Below, in pieces: positions 1 through 9,708 of a DNA stretch of 64,000 nt. Within the stretch, counting starts at the first letter, position 1; each line of letters opens with the position of its first letter. The DNA lies in assembly GCA_000002445.1 (NCBI GenBank), contig CP000070.1:416001-480000 (forward strand), given 5' to 3'. The position numbers were made by a program, and so were the translations under genes. The DNA comes from Trypanosoma brucei (lineage: Eukaryota). The notes under the pieces were generated by a model, which saw only the letters and a list, made by a program, of their open reading frames with translations, was not told the DNA's origin and did not search any database.

Positions 1-24
1 AGACGCATACGTGGGCTACAAGAA

Positions 25-1647
25 TTGGTAATGAGTGAGTCAACGCCGAGCGGGTTGTGTCGCGGCGTACTGCTTGCCGCCGCGGAGGAATGTCAGCAGC
101 GTGCCGCGAAAGGTAATACATCCCCTGACGACTCATCTAACAGTAGGTGTGGTGGCACCGGTGGTTCAGACGTCGGTTTAAGACCTCAGCGCAGGGTCGT
201 TAACTTCCTGTACTCCAACACAATTCACGACCAGGGAGAGGAGGAAGTGGGCAAGGAAATCTGTGATCGCACAGAAGAAATTACGTTGGTGCGCATGGTT
301 GAGTGTATATGTTTAGGTACAAGCGCCGATGCTGTGTTCGGCGCCGAGATCACACTGGGTTGTGTGTGTGATGTTTTAGCCGTTGTAGCAACCATATCCT
401 TTGTTTGCTGGCGTTGGACTGTGTTACTTATACCAAAAGTCTTTTGCAAAGATGTCGTCACTGCCGTGTTTGCGCAGCACGCAACAATTGCAGATCGCCG
501 GAAGGCCGCTGAAGACTTACTGTTGCGCGGGGAGAGGCTCTTTTCAGTGTTAACGGCACTTCACGCGGCCGTAGATTCATCTTCAGATGACGTTTCCGCG
601 GCTGCTGAGGGCTCTCTTGCAGCTGCTATGGAAGCATCACGGCAGTACAGTAGTAATGTCGGATGCGAGGGTCGTTGTGTGGATGACGATCACGACGCCA
701 CTGGCAATACCGTTTCTTACAGTAGTGAGGACGAAGTACGTTCCACTTACCGTCGTCTGGCAGTGGAGGCGGAAAAGTGTCTTGAAACTCGGTCAACTGG
801 CTCCCTCGTAGTACATTTACTCGCGCTCTCCCGTATGGCGGAGGACGAAGCTAGCAAAAGGCGGAATGCACCGTCTCACTACAGTGACAAGTTAGTGGGT
901 GCTGTACAACCCGCATTACACGTACTCAGTCGTGTGTTAGCAGAGGTGGATGACGCATGCGCCGCCGTTGCCGCCATTAAAACCATGGTGTGGTGGGCCC
1001 TTGCACGGGCTGACTCGCCGGATTCGTCGTTTATTGGAAACCTCCTTATTTATCAATTGTCTCGTGACGTGCGCGGTAGGTCGTCGAAGTTCCCCTTGCA
1101 AGCATCAGTTGCTGCAACACCGGTCCAACTAGATCGAATGAAGGTTCGACTGCTTGATGTTTTGCTGGGTTTATGTGACTACGATACGGAGGGCCGCACA
1201 CTTCGAAACATCGATGACTACAGCCGGCAGATGTACGGTTACTCTCTGTACGATCTGTTGAGGGAGTTGTGTGGGCCAAGACACTCTGTGGCAGTGCAGG
1301 TGGCAGCATTGCACCTCGTTGGGCATTTTGTTATCGCGGTTGCGCCTCGTGTCTCTGTTGAATTGGCATGTGTACTCTGCAAAGACGTGTTTAGGCACAC
1401 GCCGCACGCTATGGCAAAAGCAGCTGCAGCCGCGATGTTAGTGTGTATTTCCTCTTCTCTGGAGGTATTTGGGGAGGGTAGTGTTGAACCGTTACTGCGT
1501 ATGGCTGATGCAATGCGAAATTATCGAGATGCCGCCGTGGAAAATACGGTGCATGAAGATGTGATTCGGAGGCACGGTGAGCGCATAAAGGGTCTGCTAG
1601 AAGAAAAACAATTCATGTTGCCAGTGCAGGAAATACGAGAGAGTTGA
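25..1647 (+). CDS. Hypothetical protein (540 aa; reading frame stays open to window start, so possibly 5'-partial)
   Basis: Long ORF in the same orientation as downstream genes. No stop between nt 1 and the first ATG at 25. I recognise no family motif. Confidence 0.5.
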   Translation: MVMSESTPSGLCRGVLLAAAEECQQRAAKGNTSPDDSSNSRCGGTGGSDVGLRPQRRVVNFLYSNTIHDQGEEEVGKEICDRTEEITLVRMVECICLGTSADAVFGAEITLGCVCDVLAVVATISFVCWRWTVLLIPKVFCKDVVTAVFAQHATIADRRKAAEDLLLRGERLFSVLTALHAAVDSSSDDVSAAAEGSLAAAMEASRQYSSNVGCEGRCVDDDHDATGNTVSYSSEDEVRSTYRRLAVEAEKCLETRSTGSLVVHLLALSRMAEDEASKRRNAPSHYSDKLVGAVQPALHVLSRVLAEVDDACAAVAAIKTMVWWALARADSPDSSFIGNLLIYQLSRDVRGRSSKFPLQASVAATPVQLDRMKVRLLDVLLGLCDYDTEGRTLRNIDDYSRQMYGYSLYDLLRELCGPRHSVAVQVAALHLVGHFVIAVAPRVSVELACVLCKDVFRHTPHAMAKAAAAAMLVCISSSLEVFGEGSVEPLLRMADAMRNYRDAAVENTVHEDVIRRHGERIKGLLEEKQFMLPVQEIRES

Positions 1648-1871
1648 AGTGGGAGGATTATACCTCAGGACTTTCTGTCGGGGGAGTTGGAAATGGAATA
1701 ACGTATAAAGGGGTACCAAAATGGTGACCATGCATATTTTCGGCAATATTGTTGCATGTAATGGTTGTTGCGCGAAGTCTGGGACTCATAGGTGCCTCCC
1801 AGTACACCAAACGGCTGTTAATTCTCAATATCACATACACGTTGTTCACCCCTTACTTACAACCGGTAACC

Positions 1872-1872
<1 letters not shown>

Positions 1873-1898
<26 letters not shown>
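1873..1898. repeat. (TA)13 microsatellite followed by a T-rich pyrimidine tract
   Basis: Direct reading of the sequence: ctatatatatatatatatatatatatatcc. Confidence 0.95.
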
Positions 1899-1902
<4 letters not shown>

Positions 1903-1995
1903 GTTTGTTTGTTTGTTTATTTGTTTTTTGAAATTCTTCTCTGGTGTCCTGTGTACTTTTTTTTTCGATTCTTTTAACTTTTTTCCCTTGGATGT
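1899..1995 (+). promoter_or_regulatory. Polypyrimidine tract, candidate trans-splice acceptor / polyadenylation region upstream of the eIF4E-like gene
   Basis: Pyrimidine-rich run 'gtgtttgtttgtttgtttatttgttttttgaaattcttctctggtgtcctgtgtactttttttttcg' about 200 nt upstream of the ATG at 2176. This is typical kinetoplastid processing-signal architecture. Confidence 0.35.
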
Positions 1996-2175
1996 TCCTG
2001 GCGCACATCAGTAAAACATTAACTACTGCAGTTGGTATAATATTGTAAGCGGGGATAAAGAACCGGGAATCAAAAGAAGGTATAGGAATAATAACAACGT
2101 TGAAAATAAGGTTAACAGTAAAGAAGAAGGGTTATTTAACAGAAAGGAGATAAAAAGGAAGAAAAAGAACGTAGG

Positions 2176-2736
2176 ATGGCCGCTGAGGCTACTGAAAAAC
2201 CGCACCCACTGAAGGACCGTTGGTTCGTGTCTTACTTTCCTGTTGTTAAGCAGAAAAAGTTCAGCAAAGATTCGGAGGAGCAGAAAGGTGTAGAGTTGGA
2301 CTGGGTCTCGACAGCAGAGGAGCTGCACGCTACAATAAATGCTTTTTCCCCACTCACATTGCTGCCTCCTGATGATAATCTTGTCTTTGCACGCGAGAAG
2401 GTGGAACCATTCTTCGAAAACTTCCCCAATGGCATGCGTGTCAGCGTCTTCACTCGCACGAAAGTTCAAGCTACTCAGGCTGTACCGCTCGTGTTAGCGG
2501 CTGTCATGGGCGAGCACCTTCGCACGGTGACGGATGGCCCTTCCCACGCGGATGTGGTTCGCATTGCCCATAAGCCCGGCACGGTGTATCCCGAATCCCT
2601 GCGTGTGGAGGTATGGTTACGGGACCGTAGCAAAGTAGATGCGGTAACAAAATACTTCAGCGAGATGCTCGCACCGCACCCAGGTATTCGTGTGGCCGGT
2701 CGTCCCATAAATGCGGAAGGGGAGGAGGCGAAGTAG
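2176..2736 (+). CDS. Small eIF4E-like cap-binding protein homologue (186 aa), divergent
   Basis: Motif '[12 protein letters not shown]' resembles the eIF4E N-terminal 'HPLxxxWxxWFF' block. '[16 protein letters not shown]' resembles the 'LFKxGIEPMWED' block. Its size matches the small trypanosomatid EIF4E5/6-type proteins. Several canonical Trp residues are substituted. Confidence 0.45.
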   Translation: MAAEATEKPHPLKDRWFVSYFPVVKQKKFSKDSEEQKGVELDWVSTAEELHATINAFSPLTLLPPDDNLVFAREKVEPFFENFPNGMRVSVFTRTKVQATQAVPLVLAAVMGEHLRTVTDGPSHADVVRIAHKPGTVYPESLRVEVWLRDRSKVDAVTKYFSEMLAPHPGIRVAGRPINAEGEEAK

Positions 2737-3489
2737 AAGTTTATTGGGTGAAGCACACCATACACACAACATGTAATGCTGTATCATATGTGACACTCAT
2801 ATGCAGGAAGTGAATCGTGTATGTGTGCACATGGATTCAGTGAAGGTATTACGGTGAGCTGCGATGGTGATGGCGATGTGGCGGGGCGGAAAAAAAGGGA
2901 AGGATCAATGAAGTGTGTTAGAAAGTGATGGAAACTGTATTCTGGACACAACAGACGAATTTCTGTTCGTCACATGAAAGGTGTGACCGATGTTGTTGGT
3001 GACGATCGTCTTCTTTCCAAAAAAAAAAAACAAACTCGCATGCGGCGTGAAAACGCCGCATAGCATTGGTGAAGATGGGGAGGGACTGTCAAAAGGAGTA
3101 GCCCAAGGGGACGCCCTCAGCCACTAGAAACAATGGTTGAGTTAACTTTTTATTCTTTGTTTCCCTTTCCTTCGCCGCATAAACCTTATGAGTTTGCTGC
3201 TTATAGGCGTTTAAAAGGAAACGAGTGGAGGACACGCAGAATCGGACTCGTAAACGGGGAGGCAGAACATGAATATGCTTTAGTCACTGCGATGATGCGA
3301 AGGACATTTGGGGCCGCAACGTTTGTAGTTCCACTGTTTACCCGGCTACCTGTAGTTCGTTGTAATAATTGTGACTGTGAGGAAACATCTGTCCTTCCTT
3401 TTATTTGAAGAATTGCTTAACCGTACCACTTTTTTTTTTGTTTAACCATCTAGTGTACTCTTTCATAGTTTCAGAAGGAAAGCTGTCAT

Positions 3490-4455
3490 ATGGAAGAGGA
3501 GGTAAACACAACGTCCTCCAACCTCATTGTGACGTGGAGAAGCAGACGCTGTGTGGCTCCCGTTGTAGAGGTATTGCAGAGTCGTCCACATCTACTTGAT
3601 TGCTTAACTATGTTTCCTAATGGCACGAAGGCACTGCATTCTCCCACTACATGCAAGAAAATGTTCGTCCTCTTTCCGGGGAATCCGGGCATTGTTAACT
3701 TTTATGAGCAGTTTGTAGAGCTTTTGTCCCTCAAAGATGTTGATGTGCTTGTGATGGGCTACTCTGGCCACAGTATTTGTGATCGAAATAACGGCAAGGT
3801 GTATGGCCTGCGGGACCAGATAGACAATGCAAGGGATTTTTTCGATAGTATTCAAGAGCGAGCCTTGAGTTACTATGGGAATGATATATACATTGGAGGT
3901 CATAGCATTGGAGCGTTTATTGCGGCGAAGATATTAGTTGTCTTCCCGTGTATTCGCCGCTGCTTCTCCCTCTGCGGGGTTTTGTCGAGAATACAGGAGA
4001 CACCTAATGGCCGACATATGTTTTTCGTTGGTGGCAATGTAATATTTTACTATGTTTTCGTCTATCTGGTAGTGGCGGTGCTCGTGCTACTGCCGAGGTT
4101 TGTTTCTTCTTGGTTTATTCGACGCCAAGCTCCAACGCTTAGCCCGGTGTTGGTATCGCAGTTTATTGAACACTATAACACGGGGGCCCTTAGGAATTGT
4201 TTTAGCATGTGTCGGGAAGAGTTTCAGGTTGTGAGAGAGCCGGACCAACAGTTTCTTGGGTTAGTGGGGAAGCGCATGGTGTTTTACTGCGTTCAGGATG
4301 ATGGATGGGCACCACTATCGCATGTGCAGGAAGCGAAGGAGTTGTGCGGGGATTGTGCCGGGTTTGTTGTGGAAAGTGATCCGAGTGTCATTCACGCCTG
4401 GTGTCTTTCAAACAACGAAACTGTCATAGAGAAAGGTATTTTACCGTTCATGTGA
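3490..4455 (+). CDS. Alpha/beta-hydrolase fold protein (putative lipase/esterase; 321 aa)
   Basis: Nucleophile-elbow motif G-H-S-I-G ('IGGHSIGAFIAA'). A hydrophobic segment follows it. The architecture is LDAH-like. Confidence 0.55.
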   Translation: MEEEVNTTSSNLIVTWRSRRCVAPVVEVLQSRPHLLDCLTMFPNGTKALHSPTTCKKMFVLFPGNPGIVNFYEQFVELLSLKDVDVLVMGYSGHSICDRNNGKVYGLRDQIDNARDFFDSIQERALSYYGNDIYIGGHSIGAFIAAKILVVFPCIRRCFSLCGVLSRIQETPNGRHMFFVGGNVIFYYVFVYLVVAVLVLLPRFVSSWFIRRQAPTLSPVLVSQFIEHYNTGALRNCFSMCREEFQVVREPDQQFLGLVGKRMVFYCVQDDGWAPLSHVQEAKELCGDCAGFVVESDPSVIHAWCLSNNETVIEKGILPFM

Positions 4456-5538
4456 GGTACTGTTGGCATCGGTGTAATGTTTACAGTTAGTTAGTTAGAT
4501 GAGCCTAAAATCTGCTTAGACGACCATTTAAATGCGGTTGACTGAAAAATCAGAGGGATAAGCATCTTTGCGATGCGTTGAGTGCCGTTCACTTTTCACT
4601 ATTTCAAGTAACGAAAGGGTTTGAAGGGTACCACTGATGCTCAGAAAGCTTCGCTTTCCCTCCCTTCTCTCGTGTTTCTTCAGGACGGATATTTATTTTG
4701 ATATTTGTTGCGACCGCGATGTGAGAACCACTTGTTGGTTAGTACTTTCGTTAAATACTTCTCAGTATATATTTTTCTAGTCTATAGGACCTTTTGTTGT
4801 TGTTGATTGTTTCTTCTTTGCGTTGGCTGATGAAGCAATAAAAGAAGGAAGAAGAGAAGGTATTCATGATATTCATCTTTATATTGTCCATTCGTTCACC
4901 CTCTTTGCTTTCTGGTCTGGTTTTGTTTCCCTCCTTTCTTCATTTCACTCAATAGTTTCACGCAGTCCGCTGCTTATAATGTGTTCATGGATTCACGTAA
5001 GTGACCAAACGAGCAGGCATGCCTTTCGAGTGCGGAGTTTAGCAGCCTGTTAGAATAAATTAATGAAAACTCAACGGCTGGGTGACATCAAAGCTGAAGA
5101 GGTGCCTACGTTTGTGCTTGTGCGAGTGGCGAATTAGTAGTTTTGACGTTACCACCACCACACCTCTATTTTACTGGCACGCTTTCTTCCTTTCGACGGA
5201 TGCAAGAAAAGTATATGCGTGTGCACAGCTCCATGTATATACGTCTCGTGAATCATTCTGTTGGTTGCACCAGTCCCCCAAGCTTCGTCAATTTTCTACC
5301 CGCTTACACCCTCATTCATTGCTCTGTTCCATGTTTTACGCAGCATTTTACCGGCAAGCTGGGTGGCTTTTTGAAACTAGTAAAATCACAGTGGAGAGGC
5401 AGAGAGGAGAGGGTATTTTCTCTGTGTTTCAGGAGCACAAAAGCGGAAGGCAGGAGGAGGAGGGTTTGGAGAAAGGGTGGAAGACACTTGAAGAAAATAT
5501 ATATATATATATAACCAACTAGTATAGGGAAACGTGAA

Positions 5539-6594
5539 ATGACAGAACCGAAGTTAGCAACCACGCACGTAGTGGGTGAACCCACCTTCGAAGGACTGGC
5601 ACGTTTCATTGAGCGAAACAACATCACCAAAATATTTGTTATGGTGGGCGCAGGGATAAGCGTTGCAGCTGGAATCCCCGACTTCCGCTCTCCCCACACC
5701 GGCTTGTACGCTAAACTCAGTCGCTACAATCTCAACTCACCGGAGGACGCCTTCTCACTCCCTCTCTTGCGTCAACAACCAAGTGTGTTTTACAACATTC
5801 TGATGGATATGGACCTCTGGCCCGGGAAGTATTGTCCTACGACGGTTCACCACTTTATCAGTCTACTCGCCAAGAAGGGCATGTTATTATGCTGTTGTAC
5901 GCAGAACATAGACGGGTTGGAACGCGCCTGCGGAATTCCAGAGTCTTTACTAGTTGAAGCCCATGGTTCCTTCTCTTCCGCATCATGTGTTGACTGTCAC
6001 GCGAAATATGACATCAACATGGCGAGGGCGGAGACAAGGGCTGGAAAAGTGCCTCATTGCAATCAATGTGGTGGTATAGTGAAACCCGACGTGGTTTTCT
6101 TTGGCGAGAATCTCCCGGAGGCGTTTTTTAACGTAGCGGGACTCATTGAGGAAACGGAATTGCTGCTTATTTTGGGAACCTCACTTCAAGTCCACCCATT
6201 TGCCGACCTTGCGCTCATGGTGCCCTCTGACGTGCCACGAGTGTTGTTTAACTTGGAGCGCGTGGGCGGGAGGATGTTCCGCTTTCCTACGGACCGAACA
6301 CCCAATTTCCGCGCCAGTTCCTATCGTCTCAGCACTGGAAATGGCAATGGCAGTAAAATTAGCAGTGGGGACAGCAGCAACAGCAGCAGCGTCGACGGGT
6401 ATGACCAGTTTACGCTCGCAGAGAATGACGAGACGGGCGTGTTGCGTGACATTTTCTTTCCTGGTGACTGTCAGGTGTCTGTTCGTTCCTTTGCCCAGGC
6501 GTTGGGCTTCGGAGAGCAGCTTGACGCCTCTGTACGTGAGGGAAGGGAAATATTTGAGCGCACTCGGCGTAGGGAAAAAGTCGTTGAGGGTTAA
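5539..6594 (+). CDS. SIR2rp1: NAD-dependent protein deacetylase, Sir2 family (sirtuin; 351 aa)
   Basis: Sirtuin signature 'GAGISVAAGIPDFRSP' is present. 'CTQNIDGLE' is present. Zn-binding Cys pairs are 'CVDCH...CNQCGG'. 'FFGE' and 'GTSLQV' motifs are present. Confidence 0.85.
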   Translation: MTEPKLATTHVVGEPTFEGLARFIERNNITKIFVMVGAGISVAAGIPDFRSPHTGLYAKLSRYNLNSPEDAFSLPLLRQQPSVFYNILMDMDLWPGKYCPTTVHHFISLLAKKGMLLCCCTQNIDGLERACGIPESLLVEAHGSFSSASCVDCHAKYDINMARAETRAGKVPHCNQCGGIVKPDVVFFGENLPEAFFNVAGLIEETELLLILGTSLQVHPFADLALMVPSDVPRVLFNLERVGGRMFRFPTDRTPNFRASSYRLSTGNGNGSKISSGDSSNSSSVDGYDQFTLAENDETGVLRDIFFPGDCQVSVRSFAQALGFGEQLDASVREGREIFERTRRREKVVEG

Positions 6595-6751
6595 CACGCT
6601 TGTAGACACTTGAAAACTGTATGAGTGGGGCCGTGTTTTCATACGTTTTCGTCTGTGGTGCGTGTGGTTACAGCACAATGTGATTCATGTATATGTGCGC
6701 GTGTCCGTTGAAACTGCCTGTAATGCTTAAATTTTATTTTCTTTCCTACAT

Positions 6752-8746
6752 TTGCTGGAAAGTGGTTGCGTTTATTTTCAGTTCTTTTATGGCACCGGAT
6801 GCTTTGGGGTAATGTACGTCGCCCCGCGTTCATGTTTCACATCATTCTCTCTCTCTCTCTCTTTGCTTCGTTGGGTGCAGCCGTCGTTAGCTGTCATGTG
6901 CCTTTGGCAACTTGCATTGCTGCCGTTTTGTATTGCGTTGCGTACTTCTCTTTTCCTTTTTGGGACTTCTGAGGCAAGCATTGCGCACATTGAAAGGGCG
7001 GAAAACAGTTCAAGTACTAGAAACATATCTATTCCAGGAACAACCTCCCCCCTCTTTTTCAGAAGGAGTGGAAAGGAAAGACAGTACATGAGGTACAGTG
7101 TTGTCAGAACGCGGCCGTCTCGCAGCCGCAGGCTGCGTCACTGTGTGCTAATTTCATTTCTAGCATTATTACTGATGATGCTTTCTTTGTCTATATCGTT
7201 CTACAACACCCGGAGAAGTGTCGACAGTCTAAAGATGAAACTGCGAGAAGATGCGGCAGGGAACCCACTACTGCGGGAGGGTGCCGCACAAACCGCTTGG
7301 AGCTTGTTGAACACAGAAAATGGTTCTTTATGGGGTTACGTTGGCGGTATTGACAGCCTTATAGAAAAAAGAGTTGACCGGGCGTACTGGGGACCAACCA
7401 TGTTCCGGAGCAACGAAGGAACCGTGAATGAATCCACGGTTACAAATGTTGTGTCTGAGCGGTTCCGCAACTTAAACATGAGCGAGGCTGAGATGAAGCG
7501 TAGGTACAAACGACATCAGCTGGTGAAGGAGGTCACAGGCTGTGATTCACTATCCGTACCGTTTAACCCTCTGCATGACAGCCGCTGTATTAACTTCATG
7601 ACCAACTCTTCTAATTGGTTGGATGTAGTTCCTATTGGACAAAATGTTGATCAACGTACCATCAAATTCAGGCTATTATTTAAGCCGCTACGTATAAATG
7701 CAAGCTATAGTGTCGAGTATCCCCTCGAAACTTTTGTTAAGGTACCACAGAAATACTTCGTGCTTGAGGCAGCAAGCGAGGTGGTTGCGTTCAATGTTGA
7801 CCGTCTTCTTCTTGTCAATCGCGTGCCGCCTACGGGGCTGGGTTGTCTCCCGCTTAACACGCTAAGAGGGTCTGTCAACAAGTATAAACATAATACGTCA
7901 ACGTTTAAAAAGTTTCTCCAGGATTCGAAAGCCGAAAATTACGAGCAGTGGATCGAAAAGGACCTCTTTCATTTCCTACGGCGGGCGAAGCATCATCTTC
8001 GCAAAAACGGTAACAACCAAACGTGTGTTCTGGTCTCCATCCAACTGAAGATTGCTGATGTGGTGCACTTTCTCGAAACGCCGATGCGAATCCCCTACCG
8101 TGTTTTTAGCGACACGTGGTTCGACTATTTCGACCTTAGGGCTAATGTAGGCGAGTTGGAGGATGGTTTGCCAACATTTGCACATGAACGTCACTACCCG
8201 GGTGTCCTTCACCTCGCAGCACTTGCGATGTTTGACTATGTCATAGGCAATATGGACCGATCACCTTTCAAGAATAACTTTGTGGTGGGCGGAGTGGCCA
8301 ACCAACTGGTTTCGGATAATACGACTCTTCTTCACCCAAACCACCCAACGTTTGTATATTTGGATCATGGTTCCTCATTTCGACTGCGACGACCCGAGCG
8401 AAACCCTATAGCGAAGTCTCATATTGGCTTTGAAAATGGAAAAGAGGACACTTTTTGTCTTTTCCGCGGTCCATTGCTGCGGCGTATTCAAGAACTTACC
8501 GGACCATCGGGAGAAGTTACACACGGAAATAAAGCGAAGGAAGAAGCCTATGGTGCCGCACACAATCATAGAAGTACGGAGACTTTGTTCACCCATATGT
8601 TAAGGGAGAGAGTTCCACCGGAGGTGTATTCCGTTATTGATAGCAGTAACTTGGATTTGGTTGTGGTTCGTATGAAAGAGCTGCTTGCCATGGCAGGGCG
8701 CTGTCTTTCCGATGAGCGTATACGCCGAACTGTACTATTTCCGTAA
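6752..8746 (+). CDS. Fam20/Four-jointed-like secretory-pathway kinase-like protein (longest ORF 664 aa; probable real start at 6896 or 7088, the latter preceding a signal-anchor helix)
   Basis: 'YVIGNMDRSPF' matches the Fam20 catalytic-loop 'GNMDRHHYE'. 'VYLDHGSSF' matches the Fam20/Fjx1 metal-binding 'LDNGRGF'. The N-terminal 'LISFLALLLMMLSLSISF' looks like a type-II membrane anchor. Confidence 0.5.
   Translation: MLESGCVYFQFFYGTGCFGVMYVAPRSCFTSFSLSLSLLRWVQPSLAVMCLWQLALLPFCIALRTSLFLFGTSEASIAHIERAENSSSTRNISIPGTTSPLFFRRSGKERQYMRYSVVRTRPSRSRRLRHCVLISFLALLLMMLSLSISFYNTRRSVDSLKMKLREDAAGNPLLREGAAQTAWSLLNTENGSLWGYVGGIDSLIEKRVDRAYWGPTMFRSNEGTVNESTVTNVVSERFRNLNMSEAEMKRRYKRHQLVKEVTGCDSLSVPFNPLHDSRCINFMTNSSNWLDVVPIGQNVDQRTIKFRLLFKPLRINASYSVEYPLETFVKVPQKYFVLEAASEVVAFNVDRLLLVNRVPPTGLGCLPLNTLRGSVNKYKHNTSTFKKFLQDSKAENYEQWIEKDLFHFLRRAKHHLRKNGNNQTCVLVSIQLKIADVVHFLETPMRIPYRVFSDTWFDYFDLRANVGELEDGLPTFAHERHYPGVLHLAALAMFDYVIGNMDRSPFKNNFVVGGVANQLVSDNTTLLHPNHPTFVYLDHGSSFRLRRPERNPIAKSHIGFENGKEDTFCLFRGPLLRRIQELTGPSGEVTHGNKAKEEAYGAAHNHRSTETLFTHMLRERVPPEVYSVIDSSNLDLVVVRMKELLAMAGRCLSDERIRRTVLFP
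6846..6863. repeat. (CT)n microsatellite
   Basis: tctctctctctctctctc read directly. It lies inside the 5' extension of the next ORF, which suggests that gene's true start is downstream of it. Confidence 0.9.
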
Positions 8747-8750
8747 ATTT

Positions 8751-8790
8751 TATTATTATTATTGTTGTTGTTGCTGTTGTTGTTTTAGTA
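8751..8790. repeat. Imperfect trinucleotide repeat (ATT)4(GTT)n
   Basis: ttattattattattgttgttgttgctgttgttg, immediately 3' of the stop at 8746. Confidence 0.85.
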
Positions 8791-9260
8791 TATTCACTCG
8801 CACGCTGCTATTTTTTATTACTTATTCCATCTCTGGCTTTTTCCAAGTGTACATGTGTTTTTCCATTGTAATGGCACGTCGCGTGTTACTCACATATGCT
8901 CTGAAAACCAATTTAAAGTTGAGTTTCTTTTATTTTTTATTTTTTAAATTGTTCTGCCTACTAGCGTCATTCCCTCCATACATGTGTGTGTATATGTATT
9001 TCGTTTTTCCCACGTTGTTTCCCACTCTTGCGTTTGAGAGAACCACTGGTAACTTCAAATATGTAACGGATTACGTTTCCCCCCTCCAAAAAAAAAAAAT
9101 AATAATAATAATAATCGCGTACGTTAGTTCCTGCAATTGTTTACATGTGTTTACTTAATGAAGTACCACTGTACATGCGTGGGATTCTCTATATACTTTC
9201 CTGCGCGTGTGCGCAAATTTATACTGACGAACTCGATAACGTTTTCTCTTAGAAGTTTAA

Positions 9261-9292
9261 GTGAGTGTGAGTGTGTGTGTGTGTGTGTGTGT
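9261..9292. repeat. (GT)n microsatellite
   Basis: gtgagtgtgagtgtgtgtgtgtgtgtgtgtgt read directly. Confidence 0.95.
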
Positions 9293-9589
9293 CTGCAAGG
9301 ATAAAAGAAGGTGTAGGGTGGAAACAAAAAGGAACAGCTAAAAAAAGAAAAGGTGAATAATGCATAGAGTGAGACGAGGGGTGTCGGAGGAATCGCTAAG
9401 CTGGGTCCCTGCCACACGTTTCCTATATAACATTTATTTCACTGATACCGACTTTCCCCCTTACTCAGACTACATATGTCTGTTTTTTGTGTGCGTTTTC
9501 TATTTATTTATTTCCCCCTCTCTTTCCATTACAGCTTTACGGGTGAAGCACAAAAGAATAAGACGGGGATTTGCGTCACCGTCCAATTT

Positions 9590-9700
9590 TATTTATTTAT
9601 TTTTTTTGCCTTTCCGGTGATGCACCTCTAACGTATTTACCTTTTTTTTTCTTTTACTTTGTTTTGCTTCTTCCACTATTTCTCGTTAAAATCATCTCTT
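9590..9700 (+). promoter_or_regulatory. Long polypyrimidine tract, candidate splice-acceptor region upstream of pelota
   Basis: T/C-rich run 'atttatttattttttttgcctttccggtgatgcacctctaacgtatttaccttttttttt...'. It is translated only as a poly-Phe/Leu artefact in the longest ORF. Confidence 0.4.
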
Positions 9701-9708
9701 TCAGGGAG

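Noticed and set aside
225-461. Minus-strand ORFs of 60-165 aa overlapping the + strand genes (e.g. 225..461, 6181..6678, 43890..44324, 37087..37518)
   Set aside because: They are antisense to well-supported genes in a strictly unidirectional polycistronic cluster. This is typical of spurious ORFs in ~50% GC DNA.
8685-9158. ORF encoding a poly-Cys/poly-Tyr stretch (YYYYCCCCCCCC)
   Set aside because: It is an artefact of translating the (ATT)n(GTT)n trinucleotide repeat downstream of the stop at 8746.
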